From contig JAJXYF010000014.1 in the NCBI GenBank assembly GCA_021780755.1, positions 31,888 to 95,887 of the forward strand: a stretch of 64,000 nt of DNA. The letters run 5' to 3'. The notes under the pieces were generated by a model. That model saw nothing but the letters and a program-made list of their open reading frames with translations. It was not told where the DNA came from and did no database searches. Origin of the DNA: Deltaproteobacteria bacterium (GTDB lineage Bacteria; Desulfobacterota; Binatia; Binatales; Binataceae). This document shows positions 49,351 to 59,478 of the stretch, piece by piece (position 1 is the first letter of the stretch; each line of letters begins with the position of its first letter). A program made the position numbers and the translations under genes.

Positions 49351-50061
49351 CTAGCCCTTCTTGCCGCCCTCTTTGGCGCCGGCCGCTGGCTTGCCGCCTT
49401 CGGCGGCCTTCTCGCCCGCCCCCGGAGCGGCGCCCTCGGCCGCCGCACCTTCGGCGGCGGCACCCTCGGCCGCTGCCGCGGCCGGAGCCGCGACTTCGGC
49501 GACCGTCGGCGGCATCACGGTGACGACCGGATAGTCGGTATCGAAGATCGGCCGGATGTTCGCCGGGAACTGCAGGGTGGAGACGTGCAGTACGTCGTGA
49601 ATCTTGAGCGGGGTGACGTCCACCTCGATCGATTCGGGGATTTCGAGCGGCAGACATTCGATTTCGACCTGGCGCTCGAGCGGCGACAGGATACCGCCAT
49701 CGGCGATGCCGGCCGCACGTCCGATGAAGCGAAACGGCACCGGCACGCGCAGCGGCTTGGTCAGATCGACTTCGTAGAAATCCGCATGGACGATATCGCC
49801 GGAGACCGGCAGTTTCTGGATGTCCTTGAGGATGACGTGCTTGTCGTTCAAGTCCGGGGAGTCCGACTTGAGGCGCATGATGCGCTGGCGCGACGCGGTC
49901 GAGACCCGCGCCTTGAGTTCGGCGCCGCCGACCGCGATCGCGACCGCCGATCCATGGTTGCCGTACATAACGGCGGGCACGCGGCCCTCGCGGCGAATCC
50001 GGTTCACCAGCCCCTTGGGGCGAACGTCTCTTTTTTCACAAGCCAGATCTACGGTTTCCAT
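49351..50061 (-). CDS. rplY: 50S ribosomal protein L25/Ctc
   Basis: RREGRVPAVMYG, HADFY, C-terminal TL5 domain. Confidence 0.95.
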   Translation of the reverse strand: METVDLACEKRDVRPKGLVNRIRREGRVPAVMYGNHGSAVAIAVGGAELKARVSTASRQRIMRLKSDSPDLNDKHVILKDIQKLPVSGDIVHADFYEVDLTKPLRVPVPFRFIGRAAGIADGGILSPLERQVEIECLPLEIPESIEVDVTPLKIHDVLHVSTLQFPANIRPIFDTDYPVVTVMPPTVAEVAAPAAAAAEGAAAEGAAAEGAAPGAGEKAAEGGKPAAGAKEGGKKG

Positions 50062-50097
50062 TGAATCCTCTTTAATCGGTATGGCCGCGCGCGCCGC

Positions 50098-51057
50098 TCA
50101 ACTGAACAGCGAGCTGACCGACTCTTCATTATGAATGCGGCGAATGGCTTCCGCTATAAGGCTGGCGACCGAGAGCACCTTCAAATTCGAGAGCTCGGCC
50201 TGGGCTTTGGCCTTGAGCGGGATACTGTTGGTAGTGACCAGTTCCTTGATCACTGACTTGCCGATCCGCTCGCAGGCCGGGTCGGACAGTATCGGATGGG
50301 TCGCGCAGGCGATCACTTCGGTGGCGCCGGCGGCCATGATCACCTTGGCGGCCTCGGTGATCGTACCGGCGGTATCGATCATGTCGTCGATCAGGAGGGC
50401 GACCGAATCGCGGACCTCGCCGACCAGGTTCATCTCGGCGACCTCGCTGGCGCGCTGGCGGCGCTTGTCGATAATCGCGAGGTTGGCGTTGAGCCGGCGG
50501 GCAAAGGCGCGTGCCCGTTCGACGCCGCCGGCGTCGGGCGCGACGACGGAGACTTTCTTGTTGTCGATCTGGCGGCGCAGGTACTGCACCAGCACCGGCA
50601 TCGCGTAGAGGTTGTCCACCGGGATATTGAAGAAGCCCTGGATTTGCCCGGCATGCAGATCGACCGTTAGCACCCGTGAGGCACCGGCAGTAGTGATCAG
50701 GTCGGCGACCAGCTTGGCGCTGATCGGCACGCGCGGCGCGACCTTGCGATCCTGGCGGGAGTAGCCGAAATAGGGGATGACGGCGGTGATCCGTTTGGCC
50801 GAGGCGCGCCGGAGCGCGTCCATCAGCAGCAGCAACTCCATCAGGTTGTCGTTAGGCGGCGAGCAGGTGGACTGGAGCACGAAGCAATCGCCGCCGCGGA
50901 CGTTCTGGCGGACTTCGACCATCACTTCGCCGTCGGGGAAGCGGCCGACCTCGGCCTCTCCGAGTTCGACGTGCAGATGTTCACAGACCTCGCGGGCCAG
51001 CGCCGGGTTTGAATTGCCCGTAAAGATTTCCAGCTCGTCCTTGGCCCGTTCAGACAT
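50098..51057 (-). CDS. prs: Ribose-phosphate pyrophosphokinase
   Basis: [36 protein letters not shown]. Confidence 0.98.
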   Translation of the reverse strand: MSERAKDELEIFTGNSNPALAREVCEHLHVELGEAEVGRFPDGEVMVEVRQNVRGGDCFVLQSTCSPPNDNLMELLLLMDALRRASAKRITAVIPYFGYSRQDRKVAPRVPISAKLVADLITTAGASRVLTVDLHAGQIQGFFNIPVDNLYAMPVLVQYLRRQIDNKKVSVVAPDAGGVERARAFARRLNANLAIIDKRRQRASEVAEMNLVGEVRDSVALLIDDMIDTAGTITEAAKVIMAAGATEVIACATHPILSDPACERIGKSVIKELVTTNSIPLKAKAQAELSNLKVLSVASLIAEAIRRIHNEESVSSLFS

Positions 51058-51170
51058 CTCTTTTGCTTACCTCGATTAGTCCGCGCCGGCGATGGTCGCA
51101 CGGCGTCAACCCGCAGTCGTATCGTTGCGCATCGGCGGCAATTCAGCGGCCCAAATCCGGCGCCGCATAA

Positions 51171-51246
51171 TGGCTGGGCGGGAAGGATTCGAACCTTCGA
51201 ATGCCAGGTCCAAAGCCTGGTGCCTTACCAGCTTGGCGACCGCCCA
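51171..51246 (-). tRNA. tRNA-Gln (TTG)
   Basis: Reverse complement TGGGCGG...CCAGG CT TTG GA CCTGG...GGTTCGAATCC...CCGCCCAGCCA cloverleaf with CCA; canonical position before prs. Confidence 0.95.
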
Positions 51247-51630
51247 GCAAAACCGCGTACGGTTCCGGAACTCGTCATCCAGAGGGCGTCCCCGTAACGC
51301 AAAGGGCGTCCTGTAACGGCCCGGCGAAACGCGCCGAGTTCCAAGCGCGATCGATCCGCCAGAAGGCAAACGAGCCCCGAAGACTCGCGCGGCGGACGAC
51401 GCGAATATCGTAACACAGATCGGCGATCGACTCGCTCGGCTTGTGATGGAGACGACGATTGGGCGCAGCGGCCTCACCTGATCTCCAACGCCGGTGCGGC
51501 TGCCGGGATTACCGCATCGCGATGTTATTTATGGCTCATTTCGGTGTCAATCTGAACCGCAATCAACGATTAACCCGACGGTCATATTAGGGTTGCTGAC
51601 GGAGCGAACTATCGTCCGATGATAGTTGGC

Positions 51631-53010
51631 TTAAGAGGTGGTCAAGATTCGGTAGTCGGTGATTTTTGGAACCATTGATCCGATTTCTTCAGGAGAAAAG
51701 CCGATTTCGCGCAGCAAACAACCCTGAATTATCAAACGAAGTAGCGAGGTAGCGCGAAACAGCTCGCGCCCGGTGAAGACGTCCGGGTTGTTATTATGGG
51801 CGTGCACGATCCCGCGATTGCGCGTCGCCACTGCACGTCTGATAAAAGTGTCCTCAACTAACGTACGAATGATTTCGGGCTGTTCATCATACAAATCTTG
51901 GAGACGACGACGCGCACTAGGCTCGTTACCGAGAATCTTCTCGTTGGCCCATTCGAACACTTCGGGATCTGTCTTGACAGATGACAGAAGCAACTCTCGT
52001 CGGCGCTTATATTCAGCGGGGTTCAATTGCTCGTTGCTATGTGTTGCCCGGTGATAGGCTTCACAAGCTACAAATGCACTGAAAAATCTAAATTCCAAGG
52101 GAACATCAGAGTCTAGTGGACCAGTGGAGAAGTGAAAGTCGAGCGTCGCAGGATATCGGTCACGGCCCTCCTGCCAACTGTTCATACGAGATGGGAGGGT
52201 AGCTCCCAGACCCATTGCAGAGAAGAGCATATTGGCCGGGTGTTTTCGATCGGGCAGCGGCACAGCCTTCTTTTGCGTAAACAGTATAGGCACGGGTACA
52301 GGCCAACTTTCGCCATTTGGCAAAAGTTGAACGAACCGCTTACTGGTGCCGATTAATGATGTCATTGGAACGCGAGAACTGGTTGCTAGTTGCAGGAAAT
52401 ATTGGAGCGATCTTACGGGACCATTCAGGAATTTATCGAGTGTTTGCACGTTAGGGGTCTTGAATCTAACTATGCTTTTCACCCTTACACCTGCGCTCGG
52501 TGGCATAACGCTGTGATTCCAAAGTCCATTAGACTCAGCAGATGCTTCGAACGAACCAATGCGGAACTTCAGAGGTGGCAGTTGCTGATAACGAATGCTG
52601 CTCTGATAAGGAGGCTCTGTCGAGGTGTCATGAACTATTCCGCTAGGGCCGATCCACTCCTCGAGATTAAACATTCCAACTTCGAGTTCATGGAAGGTGA
52701 CGGCGTCCGATGCCGGCAAATGTTCACCAAGCACCATCCAGTGGCTCTTGTATTGCGAGGTTTTTTCGCCCGATCCACTGAGCGAGGATTCGACCTCTAG
52801 AGAGCCAAAAAGAGACATTCCGTGGCCTTGTACCGTTCGCCCCCAGATTACCGTGTGATCCCCCAGCTTTGCTCGACGTGCACGCAAAGGATCTAACGTG
52901 CCAACGAGTTCTAAGTTGATCCCGTCCGTGGGAGAAAACATCAATCGACCCGGTATCGGCTCGCTGTCTTCCGTCCACCAGCGTCCCAGACATTCCCAGC
53001 TCTCGATCAT
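51631..53010 (-). CDS. ApeA-like protein (ApeA N-terminal domain plus HEPN), putative antiphage RNase
   Basis: GRWW...PGRL...LELVG...IWG....G..SL N-terminal pattern; ACEAYHR and RNRGIVH (R-x5-H); AT-richer; alternative start 53061. Confidence 0.75.
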   Translation of the reverse strand: MIESWECLGRWWTEDSEPIPGRLMFSPTDGINLELVGTLDPLRARRAKLGDHTVIWGRTVQGHGMSLFGSLEVESSLSGSGEKTSQYKSHWMVLGEHLPASDAVTFHELEVGMFNLEEWIGPSGIVHDTSTEPPYQSSIRYQQLPPLKFRIGSFEASAESNGLWNHSVMPPSAGVRVKSIVRFKTPNVQTLDKFLNGPVRSLQYFLQLATSSRVPMTSLIGTSKRFVQLLPNGESWPVPVPILFTQKKAVPLPDRKHPANMLFSAMGLGATLPSRMNSWQEGRDRYPATLDFHFSTGPLDSDVPLEFRFFSAFVACEAYHRATHSNEQLNPAEYKRRRELLLSSVKTDPEVFEWANEKILGNEPSARRRLQDLYDEQPEIIRTLVEDTFIRRAVATRNRGIVHAHNNNPDVFTGRELFRATSLLRLIIQGCLLREIGFSPEEIGSMVPKITDYRILTTS

Positions 53011-53231
53011 GCTGAGTTGTGGAGGTGCGCCCTGGATCCCCGGTGCCTTGTCTTTAATCACGTCGCGTGAAGCTCATAAGCGCTCGTCAAATATGGCTTG
53101 AAAGAGGCAGAATCGGTTCCTACCTTCTCGCGAACGCAGTGACGAGCGGCGATCCGAACATTTGCTGATCTCTGACGACCAAAGAGGGCTTAATTATATC
53201 GGTATAGCTGAACCGGATCGAACCGTTCGCC

Positions 53232-54107
53232 TCACCCGGCGTGGAAGATCGTGCAGGCGACGGCGGTGAGGGCGGGGTCACGGCGGCGAATTTCGGTGGC
53301 GGCACGTTCGGCGGCGGCGGGCGACTCGAAGATACCGAAGACACCGGCGCCGCTACCGGTCATCGCGGCGGCGCGCGCGCCAAGCTCTTCCAACTGACGC
53401 TTGGTGTGGGCGATCGCGGGCCATTGCGCCATCGCGACGCGGGCGAGGTCGTTGACGAAGAGATGAGGGGCGCCGGCGCCGGTCATAATCGCGCGCACGT
53501 CGGCGGCGGGCGCGGGGCCGCTCCAATGGTTGGGCTTTAAGGCGCGAAAGACGGCGGCGGTAGGGACCTGGAGCGGCGGGACGACGACTACCAGCGCAAG
53601 CTGCGGCAGGTCGCCAAGCGGCGCGATCCGCTCGCCGATGCCGGTCACCCGCGCCGGGACCGGATTAAGAAAGAAGGGCACGTCGGCACCGATTTTGAGC
53701 GCGAGCTGAGCGAGCCGCGCGGGTGCGTCAGCAGATTCGCGCCGGAACAGCGCGGCCATCATGAGCAGGACCGCCGCCGCGTCGCTTGAGCCGCCGCCGA
53801 GGCCGGCGCCGGCGGGAATCGCCTTGCGCAGATCGATCAGGACATCGGCGCTGAGCGTGAATTCGGCCATGAAGTCGAGGGCGGCGCGCACCGCGAGATT
53901 ACGGCGGTCGGTCGGCAGGTCGCCGAAGTTGCCGTGGATCATGACGCGCCGCTCAGGCGAGGTCCGCGCTTCGATCGAAATACGGTCACCGAGCGTGATC
54001 GGGACGAAGATCGAATCGAGTTCGTGGTAGCCATCGGGGCGCCGGCCGGTGACGCGTAGAAAGAGATTCAGCTTCGCCGGGGCGAAGGCGCTGCACAGCT
54101 TGACCAT
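53232..54107 (-). CDS. ispE: 4-diphosphocytidyl-2-C-methyl-D-erythritol kinase
   Basis: APAKLNLFL, RPDGYHEL, IPAGAGLGGGSSDAA, GADVPFF, MTGSG. Confidence 0.97.
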   Translation of the reverse strand: MVKLCSAFAPAKLNLFLRVTGRRPDGYHELDSIFVPITLGDRISIEARTSPERRVMIHGNFGDLPTDRRNLAVRAALDFMAEFTLSADVLIDLRKAIPAGAGLGGGSSDAAAVLLMMAALFRRESADAPARLAQLALKIGADVPFFLNPVPARVTGIGERIAPLGDLPQLALVVVVPPLQVPTAAVFRALKPNHWSGPAPAADVRAIMTGAGAPHLFVNDLARVAMAQWPAIAHTKRQLEELGARAAAMTGSGAGVFGIFESPAAAERAATEIRRRDPALTAVACTIFHAG

Positions 54108-54139
54108 CGGAGGGCCCGCGCGGACGGGAAGTGCGGCGG

Positions 54140-54538
54140 TCAGCGCGGGAACGGCTGCGATCGCACGGGGACGCGGCGTAGCGTGCGACGGGCATCGCGG
54201 CGAATCACGCTGAGGAATCCGAACAACATCACGATGAGGCCGGTTACGGCGAGGACCTGACCGGTGAGAAAGGTCGCGTGATAGAAGTCCATCCGCGCGC
54301 GGGTATAAGAGAGTTCGCGTTCGGGCGAGGTGAAGGGCTTGAGGACGTCGCCGGAGCCGGTATCAAGTTCGTCGAAGCCGCGCGCGGTAGAGTCGGGATG
54401 GGTGCGGGCTTCGCTCGCGATAAGTTGGCCGTAGAATTGGGTTTTTTGCCAGCCGACGATCCAGTTGCCCGCTCCCAGCAGCATCAGGGCGAAACCAAAC
54501 ATGATGCGCCAGTCACGATAGACATCAGGAATTTTCAT
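54140..54538 (-). CDS. Hypothetical two-TM membrane protein
   Basis: 132-aa ORF with two hydrophobic helices, directly upstream of ispE. Confidence 0.7.
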   Translation of the reverse strand: MKIPDVYRDWRIMFGFALMLLGAGNWIVGWQKTQFYGQLIASEARTHPDSTARGFDELDTGSGDVLKPFTSPERELSYTRARMDFYHATFLTGQVLAVTGLIVMLFGFLSVIRRDARRTLRRVPVRSQPFPR

Positions 54539-54958
54539 AAATCGTTAACGTGGAGGATACGTTTCGGCGGGCCTCAATACAACGCCGGTCAGGGTAGTTG
54601 TGCACAGGAAGATAGGGGTGGCGGGACGGATGAAGATCGTTGCCCGAGGAGCGAGCCGGCGGATATCATTGGGCGACGGCCGATGGAGAGAAGACTCGCG
54701 AAACCTTTAAAAAGGTTTCGCGCAGCCCAACAGTGTTGAGCGGACTTTCAGGACTGCGCTTCCCACGGTGAACGGACTTGGCCGGGGTTTGCGTGCGGCT
54801 GCGTTGAGCCTCGGTCGGCGCGCAAGCGGTAGGGGTTGGGCGACAACTTAAAGCGGATGGCGGAGCGCGCCGCGCATCTGTTTCATGGACCGCAATACAC
54901 ATAGAATAGACCTAGCTCTGCAGGCGCCGAAGGCGGCGCGATTGACTGAACATATCCG

Positions 54959-55957
54959 ATGGCTTCGAAACTTGATTCCCTGCTTGACCGCTTTGCCAAA
55001 CAAGACCGGCTGGCACTGGCCCGGCTGATAACGCGGGTCGAGAACCGATCGGCCGAAGTCAGCACCGTGATGGAGCGTATATACGGGCGGACAGGTCATG
55101 CTTACATTATTGGAGTGACGGGGGCGCCGGGAGCCGGCAAGTCAACGCTGGTCAACCAGTTGGTGGTCAAGTATCGCGCGCAGAACAAGCTGGTGGCGGT
55201 GCTGGCGATCGATCCGTCGAGTCCGTTTTCGGGCGGGGCGGTGCTGGGCGACCGCGTGCGCATGACCGACCATTACCGCGACCCCGGCGTTTATATCAGG
55301 AGCCTCTCGACCCGCGGGCATCATGGCGGGCTGAGCCGGGCGGCGCGCGAGATCGTGAAGCTGCTCGACGCGTTCGGCCACGACATAATCATTATAGAGA
55401 CGGTCGGGGTGGGGCAGACTGAGCTCAGCGTGATGGACCTGGCCGACACCACAGTGGTAGTGACGGTGCCGGAGGGCGGCGACGGCGTGCAGGTGATGAA
55501 GGCGGGGCTGAACGAAATCGCCGACCTGTTTGTGGTCAACAAGGCGGACCGCGACGGAGCGGACCGGATCAAGGCGGAGCTGGAGCTGAGCGTGCATCTG
55601 CGGCCGGCGGTGGGATGGCGTCCGCTGGTGCTGATGACGCAGGCCTCCAACGATATCGGAATCGACGCGCTGGTGCAGGCGATCGGACGCCATGGCGATT
55701 ATCAACGGGAACATCATGATCCGGCGCGCGATGGCGAGCGGCGCACGCGTGAATTTATCGAGGTGCTGACGTCGGAGCTCGAGGAGCGGACCGAGCGGGC
55801 GCTGAAGAACGGAGCGGGCGGCAGCGCCGAGCGGGTGCTGGGCGAGATTCGGGAGGGCAGCCTCAATCCCTACAGCGCGACGCGCCGGATTATCGAAGAC
55901 CACGCCGCGATCGCGCGGTTGCTGGACGAGGGCGGCCCGAAGGCGGTCCGGGAATAG
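54959..55957 (+). CDS. meaB: Methylmalonyl-CoA mutase-associated GTPase MeaB
   Basis: LARLITRVEN, GAPGAGKST, DPSSPFSGGAVLGDRVRM, ETVGVGQ, NKAD. Confidence 0.93.
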   Translation: MASKLDSLLDRFAKQDRLALARLITRVENRSAEVSTVMERIYGRTGHAYIIGVTGAPGAGKSTLVNQLVVKYRAQNKLVAVLAIDPSSPFSGGAVLGDRVRMTDHYRDPGVYIRSLSTRGHHGGLSRAAREIVKLLDAFGHDIIIIETVGVGQTELSVMDLADTTVVVTVPEGGDGVQVMKAGLNEIADLFVVNKADRDGADRIKAELELSVHLRPAVGWRPLVLMTQASNDIGIDALVQAIGRHGDYQREHHDPARDGERRTREFIEVLTSELEERTERALKNGAGGSAERVLGEIREGSLNPYSATRRIIEDHAAIARLLDEGGPKAVRE

Positions 55958-55977
55958 CGCCCGGGCGGGAGTAGTCA

Positions 55978-56700
55978 GTGGCGATACTTGGCAATAAAGC
56001 AAAGCCGGAGGGCCGGCTGTTCGCGATCGGGGACATCCACGGATGTCCGGACGAGCTTGGGGCAATCCTGAAGTCGATCGCGCCGGGGCCGACCGACACG
56101 GTGGTATTCGTGGGCGATTACGTGGATCGGGGACCGTCGGCGCGCGACGTGATCGAGCAGTTGATCGAATTGCAGCGGGGGCCGGCCGAGGTCGTGTTCC
56201 TGAAGGGGAACCACGAGGACATGATGTTGTCGTTTCTGGGCTTCCCCGGCCATTATGGCGAGTCGTTTCTGTTCAACGGCGGTTCGCAGACGCTCGACAG
56301 CTACGGGGTTTCCGAGGACACGCTGGAGCATGCGATCAAGTTCCTGCCGGCGAATCATCTGGAATTCCTGCACGGGCTGGCCACCAGCTACCATCGTCCG
56401 CCGTATCTCTTTGTCCACGCCGGGATCATGCCGACGCGGCAGTTGGAGGAGCAGGCGGTCGAGGACATGCTCTGGATACGCCAGGAGTTCATCTTCAACG
56501 TCCATCAGATAGGCGCGACGGTAGTCTTCGGGCATACGCCGATGCGCGCGGTGATGGTCGATCTGCCGTACAAGCTGGGGATCGACACGGGCCTGGTGTA
56601 CGGGGGGCGGCTGACGTGCCTGGAGTTCAGCGAGGGTATCGCGTACCAGGTGGCGCGGGGCAGCCGGCAGGTCAAGACGGTGCCGGTGGACGTGCGCTGA
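55978..56700 (+). CDS. Metallophosphoesterase (PPP/ApaH-like)
   Basis: GDIHG, GDYVDRG, GNHE, FVHAG, FGHT, IDTG. Confidence 0.93.
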   Translation: MAILGNKAKPEGRLFAIGDIHGCPDELGAILKSIAPGPTDTVVFVGDYVDRGPSARDVIEQLIELQRGPAEVVFLKGNHEDMMLSFLGFPGHYGESFLFNGGSQTLDSYGVSEDTLEHAIKFLPANHLEFLHGLATSYHRPPYLFVHAGIMPTRQLEEQAVEDMLWIRQEFIFNVHQIGATVVFGHTPMRAVMVDLPYKLGIDTGLVYGGRLTCLEFSEGIAYQVARGSRQVKTVPVDVR

Positions 56701-56773
56701 GCGGTCCGGCGGGAGAGATTCGGGGCGGACTCTTCCGCAGGGGCATCGCGCCCGCTATTGTAATGCGCTTGAT

Positions 56774-56850
56774 GGCGGCGTAGCTCAGTTGGTTAGAGCA
56801 TGCGGCTCATATCCGCAGTGTCGTAGGTTCGACTCCTACCGCCGCCACCA
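56774..56850 (+). tRNA. tRNA with CAT anticodon (probably elongator tRNA-Met)
   Basis: GGCGGCG TAGCTCAGTTGGTTAGAGC..GCGG CTCATAT CCGC..GGTTCGACTCC..CGCCGCCACCA; G1-C72 paired, so not an initiator tRNA. Confidence 0.93.
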
Positions 56851-57353
56851 AACTTCTTCGCAACGGCGAGAAGTGATTTCGGCTTACTCGCCCTAAACCC
56901 ACCGAAGCTCTCGGTTTGCGCGATGCCGGTTCTGGTGCCGGTTGGAGGTGCGGTTCTGGTGCTGCCCGTCCGGTGGCCCCACTGTTCATCAAAACCGCTC
57001 TCCTCTACTAAATCGCTAAAAGGGTCAACTAAGCCCTTGGTATTTCGTGACCAAACCGACGCCGGGATCCGCTCATTCGGAGCAATTCCGATCACGAAAA
57101 CGTATATAGTCCGCCGCGCTTTGCGGTGTGATTATGAAGCACAACCAATAGGTCAAAGCGGAAGAAGATAAGGGAATGAGGACATTCGGGCAAGTGATTG
57201 TTGAGGCGCGCTGCGGCTCATGCTGGCGCGGATCCCGCGTTCTCGCTTACGAACCCATCTCGCAATGGGCTACCAGCACCGGTGTGATGGCGTGAACGCA
57301 TCTTAGCCGGGTCACGCATCTCTGGACGAATACGATTTCCTATCCTATATTTA

Positions 57354-57371
57354 AGTTTCGTTTACGAAACT
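57354..57371. promoter_or_regulatory. Perfect palindrome (operator candidate) upstream of the amidohydrolase
   Basis: agtttcgt-tt-acgaaact, about 40 bp before the start codon. Confidence 0.55.
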
Positions 57372-57409
57372 GTCAACTGTTCGGCGTTTAGACACGCCGC
57401 GGAGCGACG

Positions 57410-59116
57410 ATGATGGAATACGACCTGAAGATTGTTGGTGGCACAATAATAGATGGCATGGGCGGACCCGCACGTTCGGGCGATGTCGCCATCAAAGCGG
57501 GCAAGCTGGTCGCGATTGGCAGCGCGCCCGGACGAGCGCGCGAAGAAATCGATGCGCGAGACCAGATCGTCGCGCCCGGATTCGTCGATATTCATACGCA
57601 TTACGATGCGCAGTTGATGTGGGACCGTATGTTGACGATCTCCCCCTGGCACGGCGTAACCACTGTCGTTATGGGGAATTGTGGATTCGGGGTTGCGCCT
57701 ACTAGACCGGAGCATCGCGGACTTATCATGCGCACGCTCGAAAAGGTGGAGGGGATGAGCTTGGCGGCGCTGGAGGAGGGACTCGGCTACGATTGGCCGT
57801 TCGAGACATTTGAACAGTACCTGGATGTGGTTGCTCGGAAAGGTACGGCGATCAACGTCGGTGCGCTGGTTGGGCACACACCGGTGCGTCTCTACGTGAT
57901 GGGGAAAGAGGCGACCGAGCGACCAGCGAGCGAAGCCGAAATTGGCCAAATGCGTGAAATCGTGCGCGGCGCAATCAAAGCGGGCGCGCTGGGATTTGCG
58001 ACGTCGAAAGCTCCCACGCACGTGGGATATGAGGGAAAGCCTGTACCAAGCCGGGCCGCGAGCGTTGCTGAAATCAAATCGCTTGCCGCAGTCCTCGGCG
58101 AGACCGGACAAGGGATCATGCAAGCTACCGTGGGCCGCGAGCTTTTTCTTGACGAGTTTCGCGAAATCGCACGCGCAACTGGCCGGCCGATAACCTGGAC
58201 CGCGCTCTTGGCCGATATGATGGGCCCAGGATCCCATAAAGCACTGCTTCAACGCTCACGTGAGATTGCCAAAGAAGGACTTCCGGTCATTCCGCAGGTA
58301 ACCTGCCGGCCGCTGAATTTCGAATTCACTTTCAAGGAGCCGTTCATCTTCGAGTCGATGTCGATGTTCAAGCCCGTCTCGGCCGCCGATCTGGACGGCA
58401 AGCTGCGATTTTACAGTGACCCGGAGTTCCGAAGAGCCTTCAAGGAGGCGCTCGGTGCTAAACGGCCGGGGGAGATATTCGCAGGCGGACTCGCCGGCCG
58501 TTGGAAGCAGACTTGGATTTCGCAGGCGCCGTCGGCGCGGGAACTCGAAGAGCAAAATCTGGCGGAGGTCGCAGCTAAGCGCGGCAAGGATCCGATCGAT
58601 CTGGCGCTCGATCTCTCGGTCGATTCGCGCCTGGAAGCGCGGTTTAGAATGGCGATATTCAATCATGACGAAGAGGAGGTCGAAGAGTTGTTAAAGGCGC
58701 CTGAAACGGTGCTCGGTCTCTCAGATGCGGGCGCCCACGCGAGTCAACTATGCGACGCATGTTTCTCGACTTATCTGCTTGGTCGATGGGTACGGGAAAA
58801 GAAAGCGATTTCTCTCGAGAGGGCGGTTTGGATGCTCACGGCGCGCCCTGCCCAAGTGTTTGGAATCACGGATCGTGGCCGACTGGAAACTGGACTTGCT
58901 GCTGATCTGACGATTTTCGACTCCGATACCGTCGGCGCTTCGAAACTCCGCCGGGTTCACGACATGCCGGGAGGACAGGATCGGCTAATCGCGGATGCGC
59001 GGGGAATCAGCGCGGTTATCGTGAACGGTACGGTAATCCGGCGGGACGGCGAGGATCTGGCCCGTCCGGACGGTGAGCTTCCGGGGCGTCTCCTCCGTAA
59101 CGGGAGGGCTGGGTAA
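57410..59116 (+). CDS. N-acyl-D-amino-acid deacylase family amidohydrolase
   Basis: PGFVDIHTHYD, HGVTTVVMGNCG, SDAGAH, DRGRL...ADL. Confidence 0.92.
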   Translation: MMEYDLKIVGGTIIDGMGGPARSGDVAIKAGKLVAIGSAPGRAREEIDARDQIVAPGFVDIHTHYDAQLMWDRMLTISPWHGVTTVVMGNCGFGVAPTRPEHRGLIMRTLEKVEGMSLAALEEGLGYDWPFETFEQYLDVVARKGTAINVGALVGHTPVRLYVMGKEATERPASEAEIGQMREIVRGAIKAGALGFATSKAPTHVGYEGKPVPSRAASVAEIKSLAAVLGETGQGIMQATVGRELFLDEFREIARATGRPITWTALLADMMGPGSHKALLQRSREIAKEGLPVIPQVTCRPLNFEFTFKEPFIFESMSMFKPVSAADLDGKLRFYSDPEFRRAFKEALGAKRPGEIFAGGLAGRWKQTWISQAPSARELEEQNLAEVAAKRGKDPIDLALDLSVDSRLEARFRMAIFNHDEEEVEELLKAPETVLGLSDAGAHASQLCDACFSTYLLGRWVREKKAISLERAVWMLTARPAQVFGITDRGRLETGLAADLTIFDSDTVGASKLRRVHDMPGGQDRLIADARGISAVIVNGTVIRRDGEDLARPDGELPGRLLRNGRAG

Positions 59117-59478
59117 GGTTCTTCCCGCTTATCGATGATGGCCTCAAAACACATGCGCCGAAGTAATTATTGTCACTACGGGAAATCATCATCAGAAGAC
59201 GAAAATCATCGCGGTTGGATAAACGAGCCCAATGAGGCGTCGCAGGATCGGTGTGGCGCGTCGCTTAGAATAAGCATGACGAGGCCACAGGAAAACGAAA
59301 GGGGGCATGCTGGTTCAATAAGGTGGCCAAGCTGTTCGAGCAGTTTATGACTGCAACCGGGACCGCCGCGAAATCAAAAATCTGAACGGCCGTAGGACAC
59401 GCGAAGCAGCCAACTCGTGGAACGAGCTTCGTTATCGCTACGAATCACGTGTCATGTGTCTGTGACTGAGTCTGAGTT

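Noticed and set aside
51281..51320. Imperfect tandem 20-mer (agggcgtcc..gtaacg) upstream of tRNA-Gln
   Set aside because: Only two copies with an indel and no spacer; not CRISPR-like and no function can be supported.
51471..53236. 8-bp direct repeat gcctcacc flanking the ApeA-like insert, including the ispE stop codon
   Set aside because: Too short to distinguish from chance in GC-rich DNA; no coding similarity to the ispE tail beyond it, unlike the dnaE case.
54720..54950. Cobalamin riboswitch before meaB
   Set aside because: Core B12-element motifs (GGGAA, GCCCCCGC-ACTGT, CCACTG..GGGAAG) are not present in the right order; kept only as an unassigned structure.
59410..59440. Sigma-54 promoter before the MMPL gene (tggaacg-agcttc-gt)
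   Set aside because: The invariant GC at -12 is missing.
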